A DNA stretch of 64,000 nt from assembly GCA_963785305.1 (NCBI GenBank), contig CAWAUV010000007.1:1152001-1216000 (forward strand), written 5' to 3'. Shown here in pieces: positions 35,335 through 46,151 of the stretch. The position numbers and the translations under genes were made by a program. The notes below the pieces were generated by a model. The model saw nothing but the letters and a program-made list of their open reading frames with translations. It was not told the origin of the DNA and ran no database searches. Positions within the stretch are counted from its first letter, which is position 1, and each line of letters begins with the position of its first letter. This stretch comes from an uncultured Planctomycetaceae bacterium. Lineage in GTDB: Bacteria > Planctomycetota > Planctomycetia > Pirellulales > PALSA-1355.

Positions 35335-36381
35335 ATGCCGCCTGACTTCACGCAAATCTCCTGGAACGCCGCCCTCGAAGACGATACCCGGCAATTGATT
35401 CGCCTCGCGGTGCGCGAAGACCTCGAGCGACAATGGGACTGGACCACCGTGGCTCTCATCGAGCCCGAGACCCTGGGCACGGCCGATGTCGTGGCGCGGC
35501 GCGACGGGGTCGTGGCCGGGATGCCGGCGGCACGCTTGGTGCTCGAGGAAATCGACTCGCGACTAACGTGGATCCCGCGGGTAGAAGATGGCGCGAAGGT
35601 TTCCGCCGGCCAAACGCTCGCCACGATCGGCGGACCGGCCCGATCGCTGCTCGCCGCCGAACGGCCACTGCTCAATATGCTCTCGCGGCTGTCGGGCATC
35701 GCCAGTTTGGCGGCGCGCTATGTGCAGGCGATTGCCGGCTCCGGCGCCCGGATCTACGACACCCGCAAGACAACGCCCGGCTGGCGGCGGCTGGAGAAAT
35801 ATGCGGCCCGCATGGGCGGCGCATGCAATCACCGCACCGGGCTATTCGACGCGGTGCTCATCAAAGACAACCACTTGGCCTTGGTCGGCGCCGGGCCGGT
35901 GTCGGGAGCAGCGCCGGCTGGGGCAACTCAGTCCGAAGCGGCGAAAGCCGGCCGAGCAATGTCGCCGGCCCAGGCGGTGATTCGAGCCCGTGAATTCTTA
36001 CGCGAATCCGCGGTGAAAAACGCGCCCGGCGCCGGCAAAGCGCCCGTAGCGGACGGATCGGGCGGGGATGAGCGGCGAGGGGCAGGGCAGGGGGGGGCGC
36101 CGATGATCGTCGAGGTCGAGGTCGACACGCTCGATCAACTTCGCGATGCCCTGGCGGCCGAGCCCGACATCGTGCTGCTCGACAACATGAGCCTCGACGA
36201 ACTTCGCGCCGCCGTAGCCCTGCGCAACGCCAGCGGCAAGGCGACCGAACTCGAAGCCTCGGGCGGGGTGACGCTCGACACCATTGGCCAGATCGCGCGA
36301 ACGGGCGTCGAGCGCGTGAGCGTGGGCGCGATCACCCACGCCGCCGCATGGCTCGACCTGGGCCTCGATTGGCGAAGCTGA
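35335..36381 (+). CDS. nadC: Nicotinate-nucleotide pyrophosphorylase (carboxylating)
   Basis: LAVREDL, LLAAER.LN...LSGIAS, YDTRKTTPGWR.LEKYA...NHR.GLFD..LIKDNH, EVEVDTL, VLLDNM and EASGG. Confidence 0.96.
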   Translation: MPPDFTQISWNAALEDDTRQLIRLAVREDLERQWDWTTVALIEPETLGTADVVARRDGVVAGMPAARLVLEEIDSRLTWIPRVEDGAKVSAGQTLATIGGPARSLLAAERPLLNMLSRLSGIASLAARYVQAIAGSGARIYDTRKTTPGWRRLEKYAARMGGACNHRTGLFDAVLIKDNHLALVGAGPVSGAAPAGATQSEAAKAGRAMSPAQAVIRAREFLRESAVKNAPGAGKAPVADGSGGDERRGAGQGGAPMIVEVEVDTLDQLRDALAAEPDIVLLDNMSLDELRAAVALRNASGKATELEASGGVTLDTIGQIARTGVERVSVGAITHAAAWLDLGLDWRS

Positions 36382-36400
36382 CATTTGGCGAAGCAGACAA

Positions 36401-36454
36401 GCGCGAAGCGATGACCGCGCGCGAAGCAATGAACGAGCGCGAAGCGATGACCGC
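36401..36454. repeat. 18-bp tandem repeat x3
   Basis: GCGCGAAGCGATGACCGC / GCGCGAAGCAATGAACGA / GCGCGAAGCGATGACCGC. Confidence 0.7.
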
Positions 36455-36566
36455 GACCGGCTCAAGAACGGATGAACAAAAACCCCGCGCGATGCGTCGA
36501 CGCGCGGCGCCATGGGCGCGGCGGGCGATCGCGGGTAAAACGGGATAGAAAAAGGCTGGCCAGCGC

Positions 36567-36761
36567 TCAGGCGGGGCCCAATCGGGCTCGGCGGCCACGG
36601 CGTTCGGCCCGCAGACGGGCGCGGCGGCGAGTCTCGCTCGGCTTTTCATAATATTCGCGGCGACGCATTTCCTTCTTAATGCCGCTGCGCTCGACAAGCT
36701 TGCGGAATCGGCGAACTGCTTCCTGAATCGATTCCCGATCTCGCACATTCAACTTGACCAC
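36567..36761 (-). CDS. rpsU: 30S ribosomal protein S21
   Basis: [47 protein letters not shown]. Confidence 0.97.
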   Translation of the reverse strand: MVKLNVRDRESIQEAVRRFRKLVERSGIKKEMRRREYYEKPSETRRRARLRAERRGRRARLGPA

Positions 36762-37182
36762 ACGGGGCTCCTCCTAATGTTTTGGGGATTGTCGGCGAAA
36801 TAAAAACCCGAGCGCGACGCCAAGGCGTCGCAGTTCGTCTCCGCCGCCGCTCGCGAGAGAGAATCAAGTATTCTAGCGATCGCCGCCGCCGCCTGTCTAC
36901 GGAAGGTTACGAGCGCCGCTAGCAAATTTTTTTGCCGGCGCCGGCGGTTCCATCGCCTCTCGTGGCCCCATCGGCTCGGCGCCAGGGCCACGGCCAGCCA
37001 ATTCCCGGGCCCGCGGCGCGAATCCCCGGCGATTTTCCCCCCGCGCCGGCAGACTCTAACGGCTCGCCTTCCGGCGATGCAGCCGCCCGCGGGCAGCGGC
37101 CGATCAGAGTGGGGAAAGGCCGCGGCGCTCCAATGGGCGCGTTCCGACAAATACACATTCCTCGTTCGGTCAAAATCTCTTG

Positions 37183-37434
37183 ATGAACGCATCGAGCCAG
37201 CGCACCCCCACCCCGGCCGAAATCGAAGCCCGCCAAGACGCCGTGCTCCGGCAGCTTGAGGAGCTCGACCGCCGTATTCTGCTCGCGCTCGCCGAGCAGG
37301 GAGTGGTGATTCCGCAGCCGGCCGCCATCGCAGCGGCATCGCCCGCGAGCCCTCGCTTGGCCGAACTGCCCGGCTCGGAGTCCGAGCCCGCTTCGCCCAG
37401 CGACGAACCCAACCGGCATCGCGACGCCGCCTAG
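37183..37434 (+). CDS. Small coiled-coil hypothetical protein
   Basis: EIEARQDAVLRQLEELDRRILLAL amphipathic helix. The stop codon is the TAG of the MITE flank CTAG. Confidence 0.55.
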   Translation: MNASSQRTPTPAEIEARQDAVLRQLEELDRRILLALAEQGVVIPQPAAIAAASPASPRLAELPGSESEPASPSDEPNRHRDAA

Positions 37435-37583
37435 TGCATTGTCACAATTGAAATGACGGGTTGGATTGGTTCCGTGGCGCCATGCCCACGGCCCTGCGTC
37501 GGCATGAGGACTCCGCGTGGCGCGGCCTCCTCTCATAGCTTCACACGGGGTTGCCTATCATTTCAGCCGTGACAAAGCACTAG
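37431..37583 (+). mobile_element. MITE, copy A (153 bp including the CTAG flanks)
   Basis: CTAG-TGCATTGTCACAATTGAAATGA...TCATTTCAGCCGTGACAAAGCA-CTAG. A near-identical inverted copy lies at 51092-51244. Confidence 0.85.
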
Positions 37584-37611
37584 CGGCCTGTTGAAAACAA
37601 TCAACAGGCCG
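37584..37611. repeat. Mini-palindrome (GCCTGTTGA...TCAACAGGC family), copy 2
   Basis: CGGCCTGTTGA-AAACAA-TCAACAGGCCG, a perfect 11-bp stem immediately after MITE copy A. Confidence 0.7.
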
Positions 37612-37649
37612 AGTCGCCGCGCGAACGCGGCGTCCGCGGGCCTCGTCCC

Positions 37650-39311
37650 TTACTTCCGCCGGTCGAGGCGCCCCGAGTTCGTGATCGCCCGTAGCACTCG
37701 CACGCCAAGCGTCAGACTGAGCGCCATGCCGGCGATGCCGGAAACCGACACTCCGCCGGCCACCGGGGGCACATTGTGGCTCAGCAGCAGGCTCGATCCG
37801 AGAAACAGCGAGCTGGAAAGCATGCCGAGCACCAGGCGATTCACCGAGGGTTCGAGCCCGCGATGGTCCAAATGCACATCGAATTGCCCGTTTTGAATCT
37901 GCCGAAGAATTTCGCCCAAGTGCCGCGGCAAGACCTGCGCCACTCGCTCCAGCTCGCCATACACGCGGCGCAGCTTTCGCCAGCGGCGCCAGGGCGATAG
38001 ACGCCGGCGCATCATCTTGCGGCGATACGGCGCCATGACCTCGAGCAAGCTGAAGTTCGGCCAGAGCAGCCGCGATGTGCCCTCGAGCATCACCAACACC
38101 TTGATCAGCATCGCCAGCCGCGGCGGCAGCATGATCCGGTAGCGGCGGATCATCTCGGTCATCTCATTGAGCGCCTCCACTCAAGTCGAAGTCGGCGAGC
38201 GACTGCGCGCATAATGCGACACGAAGTCGGCGACGTCGAGACTCAAGCCGTCTTGATCCAGATCGGCCGGCGGCGAACCGACTCGCACAATCAACGAGGT
38301 GAGAAACTCCGGGTCTTGATCCACCACGGCCAGCAGCATCTCCTCGACATCTTCGCGCAGTTGCTCATCGAGCCGGCCGATCATGCCGAAATCGAGCAGT
38401 CCGATGCGATTGCCTTCGAGCAGCACCAGATTGCCCGGGTGCGGATCGGCATGGTACAGGCCATGCACGAAAATCATTTCGAGATAAAGATCGGCGCCGC
38501 GGCGGGCGATTTCCTCGAGGTCGAAGCGCGGATCGCTGTTCCGCCGGCAATCGGCCAGCATGGCGCCCTCGAGTCGCTCCATGGTCAGCACGCGCATGGT
38601 GGAGAATTGCATGTACACGCGCGGAATTTGCACCGCCGGCTGATCGGCCAGCGCCTTGGCAAACTGTTCGAGATGCCTCGCTTCGCGACTAAAGTCGAGC
38701 TCGCGCAGCAGCATTCGCGAAAACTCGCCGGCCGTGGCCGTGGGGCGATAATTGGCGAACTCCGGCAGCTTCTCCGCCATCTGCGCCAAGGCTGCCAGAA
38801 TTTCGAGGTCGACACGAATGCCGTCTTCGATGCCGGCCCGCTGCACTTTGATCACCACCGCCTCGCCGCTGGCAAGCCGCGCCCGATGCACTTGCCCAAT
38901 CGACGCCGAGGCAAACGGTTCGGGTTCATATTCGCTAAACAGCGCTTCGATCGGCTGGCCGAGCTCGCTTTCGACAATCTCGCGGGCAATCGCCGGGGCG
39001 TCGGGCGGCACCTTGGTTTGCAACTGACGCAGCTCGCCAGCGAGATCCAGGCCCACGAGATCGGGCCTTGTGCTCAGGATTTGCCCGAGCTTGATGAAGG
39101 CCGGCCCCAGTTCGATGATCGCCAGCCGAATGCGGGTCTCGCGGGTGAGCCGGGCCAGGCTTTCGCCGCCGCGATCCTTGAGCAGGCCCTTGGCGAAGTC
39201 AAGCTCGGCGTTGCTGATCCAATCGGCGAGCCCATACTTGCTCAAGATCGCAATAATCTCGCGCCAGCGGTTCAGATTGCGATAAAGCTGCGGAAGCGCC
39301 GAAATTTTCAT
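37650..39311 (-). CDS. ABC1/AarF/UbiB-family atypical kinase (frameshift near 38200)
   Basis: ELGPAFIKLGQILSTRPD, ASASIGQVHRA, VIKVQR, RELDF, GLYHADPHPGN, LLDFGMIG, and two C-terminal TM helices. Confidence 0.9.
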
Positions 39312-39587
39312 GCAGGGCCGGTGGCAAGCGTCGAACGGAGTCGATCGAACCTAGGGAGACCGCGCCATCTTATTCTAGTCGCCCCGAACGATCGTGGCCA
39401 ATCCGACGGCTTGCGCGACAAGACTGCGGGCAGGCCAAAACGATGACCGCGATGGCAGGGCAGGGCAGGGGACCCACGGATTTCGACCGTTGACCGAGCC
39501 CGGCGATTCAGGCAGACTGGGAACCAATTCGGCTGCCCGCCACACTGAGTGTTTTAGCAACCGCATGTTCCCGGGAATCGTGATTGC

Positions 39588-40917
39588 CATGCGAATCTTC
39601 GAAACGCGAAATTTAAGCTCCGCTCGGCGGCGGTCTCTTGGCCGAGGGCTAGCGCCGACTTGGGTCTGGACCGCGCTGTTTGCTTCGACGATGGGACTCG
39701 TGGCCGTGGCTCGGGCCGAGAATTGGCCGCAGTGGCGAAATTCGAAGCTCAACGGCGTGAGCTCGGAAACGAACCTGCCCACGAGCTGGTCGAGTTCGGA
39801 AAATATCGCCTGGCGACTGCCACTGCCCGGAGCGGCCGGGGCCACGCCGGTCGTGTGGGACGACAATATCTTTCTCACCACCGCCGATGGCGATCAGCTC
39901 AAACTCATCTGCGTGGGCGTCGATGGCAAGCAGCGTTGGCAGCGGGCCATGGGCGAGGGCAATCACGACGTGCGTGGCGACGAAGGCAACTCGGCAAGCC
40001 CCTCGCCCTCGACCGATGGCAAGCATGTCTGGGCCCTGATGGGCACCGGCGAGCTCGCCTGCTTTACCGTGGCCGGCAAACCAAAATGGAACTTCAACCT
40101 GCAAGATCGCTACGGCAAGTTCGATATCCAGTTCGGCATGACCTCGACTCCGGTGCTCGACAAGGATCGACTGTACTTGCAAATCATACATAGCGGCGGG
40201 GCGGGGGTGGTGTGTCTCAATGCCACGACCGGCAAGGAAATCTGGAAGGTGGTCCGTCCGAGCGATGCCCGGGCCGAATGCGAGCATTCGTATGCTTCGC
40301 CGATTATCTATCGCGAAGGGTCCGACGCGATGCTGCTCACGCACGGCGCCGACTATATCGTGGCCCATCGTCTGGATTCCGGCGCCGAAATCTGGCGCTG
40401 CGGCGGATTGAACCCCAAGGGCAACTACAACAACACGCTCCGGCTGGTGGCCTCGCCGGTGGCGGCGCCGGGAGTGATTATCGTGCCCTCGGCCAAGAAC
40501 GGCCCCGTGTTCGGGCTCTCGCCCAACAACAAGGGCGACATCACCGGCCGCGAGGAAGGCCATCTCTGGCAGCGACCGCACGACACGCCCGATGTGCCCT
40601 CGCCGCTGATTCACGAGGGCTTGGCGTATCTTTGCCGCGAAAATGGCACGCTGCTCTGCCTCGAGTCGATGACCGGCAAGGAGCTTTATCAAAAGCGCGG
40701 CCATGCCGACCGCCACCGAGCCTCGCCCGTGTATGCCGACGGCAAGGTGTATCTCACGGCCCGCGACGGCACGACCACGGTGGTGAAAGCCGGCCCGGAA
40801 TTCGAGATCCTGGCCAGCAATTCGCTCAACGAGCCGACCAGCAGCTCGCCGGCGATCTCCAATGGCCGCATTTACCTGCGCACCTTCAAGGCGCTCTACG
40901 CGATCGGCAAGCCCTGA
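39588..40917 (+). CDS. Secreted PQQ-binding-like (BamB-type) beta-propeller protein
   Basis: Signal peptide then AENWPQWR, WRLPLPG..ATPVVW, ASPSPSTDG, SYASP, ASPVYADGKVY and SSPAISNGRIYLRT. Start uncertain (39565-39690). Confidence 0.85.
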
Positions 40918-40941
40918 GTTCGCCGCAACGGCGCCAGTTCC

Positions 40942-41514
40942 TTAGTCGCCGGTGGCCGACTCGGGTAGCTCACGCACCACCCGGCAGGGAGAGCCCGCGG
41001 CAAAGACCCCGGCGGGAATGTCGCGCGTGACCACGCTGCCGGCCCCGATCACGCTCTTCGGGCCGATCGACACTCCGGGACACACGATGGCCCCGCCTCC
41101 GATCCAAACATCGGCGCCAATCTCGATCGGCTTGCCGAGTTCATGGGTCCGGCGCGGAGCGGCGGCCATCGGATGCGTGGCGGCGTAGAGTTGCACTCCG
41201 GGCCCCAAGAGCGTGAAGTCGCCGATCGCCACCCGGCACACATCGAGCACGACGCAATTGAAATTGAAGAACACGCGTTGGCCGAGCACGATGTTCGCGC
41301 CGTAGTCGCAGTAAAACGGCGGCTCGACCGACACCGACTCGCCTCCGGCGCCAAACAGCGCGATCAAGAGCCCGCGCCGCATCGCAAATTCGGCTTCCGA
41401 CGATGCGTTGAACGCGCGGCACAATTCGCGAGCGCGTGAGCGGGCGCGAGTCAACTCGGCGTCGCGCGGGTCGTAGAGCTCGCCGGCCAACATCTTTTCG
41501 CGCTCGGTGTTCAT
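40942..41514 (-). CDS. maa: Maltose/sugar O-acetyltransferase (hexapeptide repeat)
   Basis: EREKMLAGELYD, VEPPFYCDYGANI, FFNFNCVVLD, IGADVWIGG, VIGAGSVVTRDIP. Confidence 0.85.
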   Translation of the reverse strand: MNTEREKMLAGELYDPRDAELTRARSRARELCRAFNASSEAEFAMRRGLLIALFGAGGESVSVEPPFYCDYGANIVLGQRVFFNFNCVVLDVCRVAIGDFTLLGPGVQLYAATHPMAAAPRRTHELGKPIEIGADVWIGGGAIVCPGVSIGPKSVIGAGSVVTRDIPAGVFAAGSPCRVVRELPESATGD

Positions 41515-41715
41515 CGCGGCGCCTTTTTTTCGCCCACCGGCGTCTCGCGACCGAGGGCGGCCGTATCCGGATCGAATTGTCGTTGCTGGCAAATGCCTCC
41601 ATCATCTTCATATTACGCGGCAAGACAAACGCGATCTCGGCGATTTTTTGGCGCGTCGCCGCGGACAAAAGGCCCATCGCCTCGCCCAAGGCCCTCAACC
41701 GGCGCTGCTTCTTGG

Positions 41716-42456
41716 TTAGATGCGGTCTCGCGCCAATTGCAGCGCGGCGAGTGTGCGGGCGCACTCGATTTTTCCCGCGCGGGCCAGTTTGTCGATCACT
41801 CGCGGCGCCGCCGCGACCAAACCAGCCGGGGGTTCAACCGCGTCGTTCGCGGAGGGCGTGATCCACTGACAATCGTCAGCCAGTAGCACCAAGAGTGATT
41901 GCGGCTGCTGGCGGAAATCAGGCCGCAGTGCGCCTAAAATCGTCATGCGGTCCTCGGTCAAGAGTCCGCACCCGGCCAAGCTGCTTTCGGCGGGGCCGAG
42001 CCAGCCTTCGTCTTCGTCGTGATCGTCGGAGCCAGGAAATTCGAGATTCCAGCAACCGCTCGCGGCGGAAAATCGCACCGCCAGCACCAAGTCGCCATCT
42101 TCCAAGCAAGGCACGACCATCACACTGAGCCGGTTGGCGGCCGGAGCGACCGTCGGCGTCGGGCGGCTAGTTTCGCCGACCGGTCGCCCCGCGCCAAGCA
42201 AGTGTTCCGAGTCCACGCGAAACGGCGCCTGCCGTACAGGCGCCGGGATCGGTTCCGCCAGAAATAAGCGATACGGCTCGCCGGCGAAGTATTCTTCGAT
42301 CCGAGCCGAAATCAACGATGGGTCGACACACGGCGCATTCGCGGGAGGCGACGCGATCGTGTTTTGAACCGACGCGCCGAGGGAAATGAACGCGTCAGCC
42401 CTATCAGACCGCGATGCATGGGCGCTTGCATCGCGGCTCGGATTAAAACGGATCAT
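41716..42456 (-). CDS. Hypothetical protein with a degenerate Nudix (ADP-ribose pyrophosphatase-like) C-terminal domain
   Basis: SVMVVPCLEDGDLVLAVRF....WNLEFPG and a C-terminal GKIECARTLAAL resemble the NudF scaffold. The Nudix box residues are absent. Confidence 0.5.
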   Translation of the reverse strand: MIRFNPSRDASAHASRSDRADAFISLGASVQNTIASPPANAPCVDPSLISARIEEYFAGEPYRLFLAEPIPAPVRQAPFRVDSEHLLGAGRPVGETSRPTPTVAPAANRLSVMVVPCLEDGDLVLAVRFSAASGCWNLEFPGSDDHDEDEGWLGPAESSLAGCGLLTEDRMTILGALRPDFRQQPQSLLVLLADDCQWITPSANDAVEPPAGLVAAAPRVIDKLARAGKIECARTLAALQLARDRI

Positions 42457-42978
42457 TACATGGTCCTATAAATTTTACTTTTGCGGCCTCCCAACGCGGA
42501 GCAGGGGTGTTGCCGCTTCGCGAACTACTAAAAGGCTATCGTGAGAAACCACGTGCTCAATGCAAGGAAAGTTTTTTCGCGGTGACAACCGGCTGTCACG
42601 CCCCGATTGAGGACCTCGACGTTCCAGGCGCGGCGCCGCCAAGTGAGCGGTCTTGGCGCCATGCGAAGAGCGTCTCGGAGCATCGTCAGTTCCGGAATTC
42701 GTCAAATTGCCCCCCCATCTGCTCATGGAGCGCGGCCGCAAGGGATCAAAAAAATAGCCGCAAGCGTCGGTTGAATTCAGCTAACGAATCTTCGTAGAAT
42801 GATGGATTACGCATCGTCCAGATCAACGATTGGAAGATTGTTGGAATAACGATACGATCGCCATGAACCCGCTTGGCCTCGCGCGATCACCGCGGGCCAT
42901 CCGCCATTGCAACCCAGACGGCGGAGAGGGCAGGGGGGCGCCGCGAATCCGAGGCGACTACGAAAGGGAGATTCTCGC

Positions 42979-44007
42979 GTGTTCGATACGTTGGCCGTCG
43001 TGGGCGCTACCGGCGCCGTGGGCTCGATCATTCTGCAACTGCTCGCCGAGCGCGCGCTGCCGGTGCGCGACTACAAATTCATCGCCTCGGGGCGCTCCGC
43101 CGGCAAAACGATCAAGTTCCTCGGCAAGTCGTACACGATCGAAGCGCTGCGCCCCGAGGCGTTCGAGGGCGTCGATCTGGCCATCGGCAGCACTCCCGAC
43201 GAAGTGGCTCGAGATTTCGCCCCCTGGGCCGTGGAGCGAGGCGCGGTGGTGGTCGATGAGAGCGGCTACTGGCGCATGGACCCGCGAGTGCCCCTGGTGG
43301 TGCCCGAGGTGAATCCCGAAGCGATCGGCGCCCATCAAGGCATCATCGCCAGCCCGAATTGCTCGACCACGCAAATGGTCGTGGCGCTCAAGCCGCTGCA
43401 CGACGCCGCGCGAGTGCGGCGCGTGGTGGTGAGCACCTATCAGGCCACGAGCGGCGCCGGGCTCGCCGGTTCGCGTGAACTCGAGTCGGGCACGAAGGCG
43501 GCTCTGGCCCAAGAGTCGTTTCAGCATGAAATTTTCGCGCATCCGATTGCATTCAACCTCATTCCGCAGATCGGTTCGGCAAAGCACGAAGGGTACACGT
43601 CGGAAGAAATGAAGATGGTCCACGAGACCCGCAAGATATTGGGCGACGATTCGATCCTGGTGTGCCCGACATGCGTTCGCGTTCCGGTGTCGAACTGCCA
43701 CAGCGAAAGCCTGCTGGTCGAGACCGAGACGAAACTTTCGGCCCGCGAGGCCCGCGAGCTTTTCGCCGCCGCGCCAGGCATCACGGTGGTCGACGATCTC
43801 GACGCCAAGCAGTATCCGATGCCGCTGGATTGTTCGGGTAGCGACGACGTGTTCATCGGCCGCATTCGCGAGGACCTTTCGAGCCCCCATGGTCTCGCCT
43901 TCTGGTGCGTGAGCGATAATCTGCGCAAGGGCGCGGCGACCAACGCGGTGCAGATCGCGGAGCTCATGATCGCCGGCAAGTCGACGCTCGCCCATGCCCG
44001 CCGCTGA
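42979..44007 (+). CDS. asd: Aspartate-semialdehyde dehydrogenase
   Basis: RBS AAGGGAG and GTG start. AVVGATGAVG, PLVVPEVN, ASPNCST, STYQATSGAG, TCVRVPV..CHSE, DNLRKGAATNAVQIAE. Confidence 0.97.
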   Translation: MFDTLAVVGATGAVGSIILQLLAERALPVRDYKFIASGRSAGKTIKFLGKSYTIEALRPEAFEGVDLAIGSTPDEVARDFAPWAVERGAVVVDESGYWRMDPRVPLVVPEVNPEAIGAHQGIIASPNCSTTQMVVALKPLHDAARVRRVVVSTYQATSGAGLAGSRELESGTKAALAQESFQHEIFAHPIAFNLIPQIGSAKHEGYTSEEMKMVHETRKILGDDSILVCPTCVRVPVSNCHSESLLVETETKLSAREARELFAAAPGITVVDDLDAKQYPMPLDCSGSDDVFIGRIREDLSSPHGLAFWCVSDNLRKGAATNAVQIAELMIAGKSTLAHARR

Positions 44008-44779
44008 CCCGCCGCCGCCGCGCACCTTCAAGCTCACGCTGGCCTACGATGGCGGCGCCTATGCCGGCTGGCAATTCCAGCCCGGGCGAGTCACGTTGCA
44101 AGACACGCTCGAGCGCGCGCTGGAGCGGATCACCGGCGCGGCCACGCGCGTCGTGGCCAGCGGACGGACCGACGCTGGCGTGCATGCCCTGGGCCAAGTG
44201 GTGAGCTTCACCATTTCCACCCGACTCGAGCCCGGCGCCTTGCAACGCGCGCTCAACGCCGAACTGCCGCGCGATATGGCCGTCGTCGATGCCCGCGAAG
44301 CCCCGCCCGGCTTTCACGCCATTCGCGACGCGGTGCGCAAAACCTATCGCTATGTGCTGCGCGACGGCCGGGCGCCCGATGTGTTTTCCCGCGGCCATGC
44401 GTGGCAGGTGCGGAGCCGGCTCGAGGCCGAAGCCATGCACCGGGCAGCGCAACGGCTCGTGGGCCGGCACGACTTCGCGAGCTTCGAGACCCGCGGCTCG
44501 ACGCGGAAAACATCCGTGCGCACCGTCGAGTCGATTTCGGTCGAGCGCGGCCAGGCGCCGCGCGATGATTTCGTCGTGCTCGAGATTTCCGCCGATGGCT
44601 TTCTCTATAATATGGTTCGCACGATCGTCGGCACGCTGGTCGAAGTGGGTCGCGGCGAACGCGAGGAGATTTGGCCCGGCGATGTGCTGGCCGCGGTCGA
44701 TCGCCGCCGCGCCGGCCAAACGGCGCCCGGGCATGGGCTGTTTCTGGTGTGCGTCGAATACAACGACCCTGGCGCCTGA
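43994..44779 (+). CDS. truA: tRNA pseudouridine(38-40) synthase
   Basis: LAYDG..YAGWQ, SGRTDAGVHA.GQV, FHA, GRHDFASF, ADGFLYNMVRTIVG, TAPGHGLFL. Confidence 0.96.
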   Translation: MPAADPPPPRTFKLTLAYDGGAYAGWQFQPGRVTLQDTLERALERITGAATRVVASGRTDAGVHALGQVVSFTISTRLEPGALQRALNAELPRDMAVVDAREAPPGFHAIRDAVRKTYRYVLRDGRAPDVFSRGHAWQVRSRLEAEAMHRAAQRLVGRHDFASFETRGSTRKTSVRTVESISVERGQAPRDDFVVLEISADGFLYNMVRTIVGTLVEVGRGEREEIWPGDVLAAVDRRRAGQTAPGHGLFLVCVEYNDPGA

Positions 44780-44886
44780 ACGCCGCGGGCGACCACGCGC
44801 GAAAGGCTCGAGACAGCAGGGCAGGGCAGGGGGGCCAAGCGGCGATCCACAATTGCTGAACAACCGCTGACCGACAATTTTTCGCC

Positions 44887-46094
44887 ATGCGCGTTGCTCA
44901 TATCATTACCCGGCTGATTCTGGGCGGAGCCCAGGAAAATACGCTACTCACCTGCGAAGACCTAATGCACGCTTGGAACGACCAAGTGCTGCTGATCACG
45001 GGCCCACCCGCGGGCCCCGAGGGCAGCTTGCTCCAGCGGGCCCGCGCCGCCAAGATTCCCGTGGCGATCGTGCCATCGCTCGGCCGCGCGATCCATCCAT
45101 GGCGCGACTGGCAAAGCCTTCGCGCGATTCGGCGCGAGCTGCGCCATTTCGCCCCGATGTCGTGCATACTCACAGCGCCAAGGCCGGGCTCTTGGGACGC
45201 TACGCCGCGCGTCGACTTGAAGTGCCGGCCATCGTACACACGGTTCACGGCGCGCCGTTTCATCCTTATCAAAGCGCGCCGGCCCGAGAATTCTTTCGCC
45301 GCTGCGAGCGCTTCGCCGCCCGGCGCTGCGATCGCTTGGTGAGCGTGGCCGACGCGATGACCCAGCAACTGGTTCGCGCCGGCGTGGCGCCGGCCGACAA
45401 ATTCACCACGGTCTATAGCGGCATGGAAGTCGAGCCCTTTCTCGAAGCCGAACGGTATCGCGCCCCGGTGCGCGAGGAGTTGGGATATCGCGAGGGGGAT
45501 CTCGTGATCGCCAAGATCGCGCGGCTCTTTCATCTCAAGGGACACGACGACCTGCTCGCCGCGTTTGCCGAGGTGGCGAAACGCGTCGAGCGAGCGCGCT
45601 TGCTGCTGGTGGGCGATGGCCTGCTCGCCCGACGGCTCGAGCGCGACGTGGCCCGGCGCGGGCTCGGAGAGCGAGTGCGATTCCTGGGGCTCGTTGGGCC
45701 GGAGCGAGTTCCCGCGCTCTTGGCCGCGGCCGACATCGTGGTTCACACCAGTCTTCGCGAGGGGCTGGCCCGAGTGCTGCCGCAAGCGCTGCTTGCCGGC
45801 CGGCCGGTGGTGAGCTACGACATCGACGGCGCTCGCGAGGTGGTGCTGCCCGATGTGACCGGCTATTTGGCGCCTCCGGGCGACATGGCGTCGATCGCCG
45901 GCTTCATCGAGCGGCTGGCTGGGGACCCGGCGCTGCGCCAGCGCTTGGGCGCCGAGGGCCGGCGGCGATTTAGCGCGCAATTTCGCCACGAAACGATGAC
46001 CTGGCGGCTGCGCGAGATTTATATCGAGATATTGCGTGGCAAGGGAGTCTCTCCGGAAGCGGCCGGGGGCACTGTACCCGACCGAGGCTCGTGA
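44887..46094 (+). CDS. Glycosyltransferase family 4 (frameshift near 45150)
   Basis: MRVAHIITRLILGGAQEN, PDVVHTHSAKAG, HTVHG, RLFHLKGH, SLREGL..V..QAL..GRPVV. Confidence 0.88.
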
Positions 46095-46151
46095 ATAAGA
46101 TGGAGAAATTCGCCCACGGGACCATTCGCCACCCGACCGGAACGGTAATTC

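Noticed and set aside
36401..36454. Possible mini-CRISPR arrays (also 52591-52638 and 56680-56858)
   Set aside because: The units are contiguous tandem repeats of 18 bp or less with no unique spacers, and there are no cas genes in the window.
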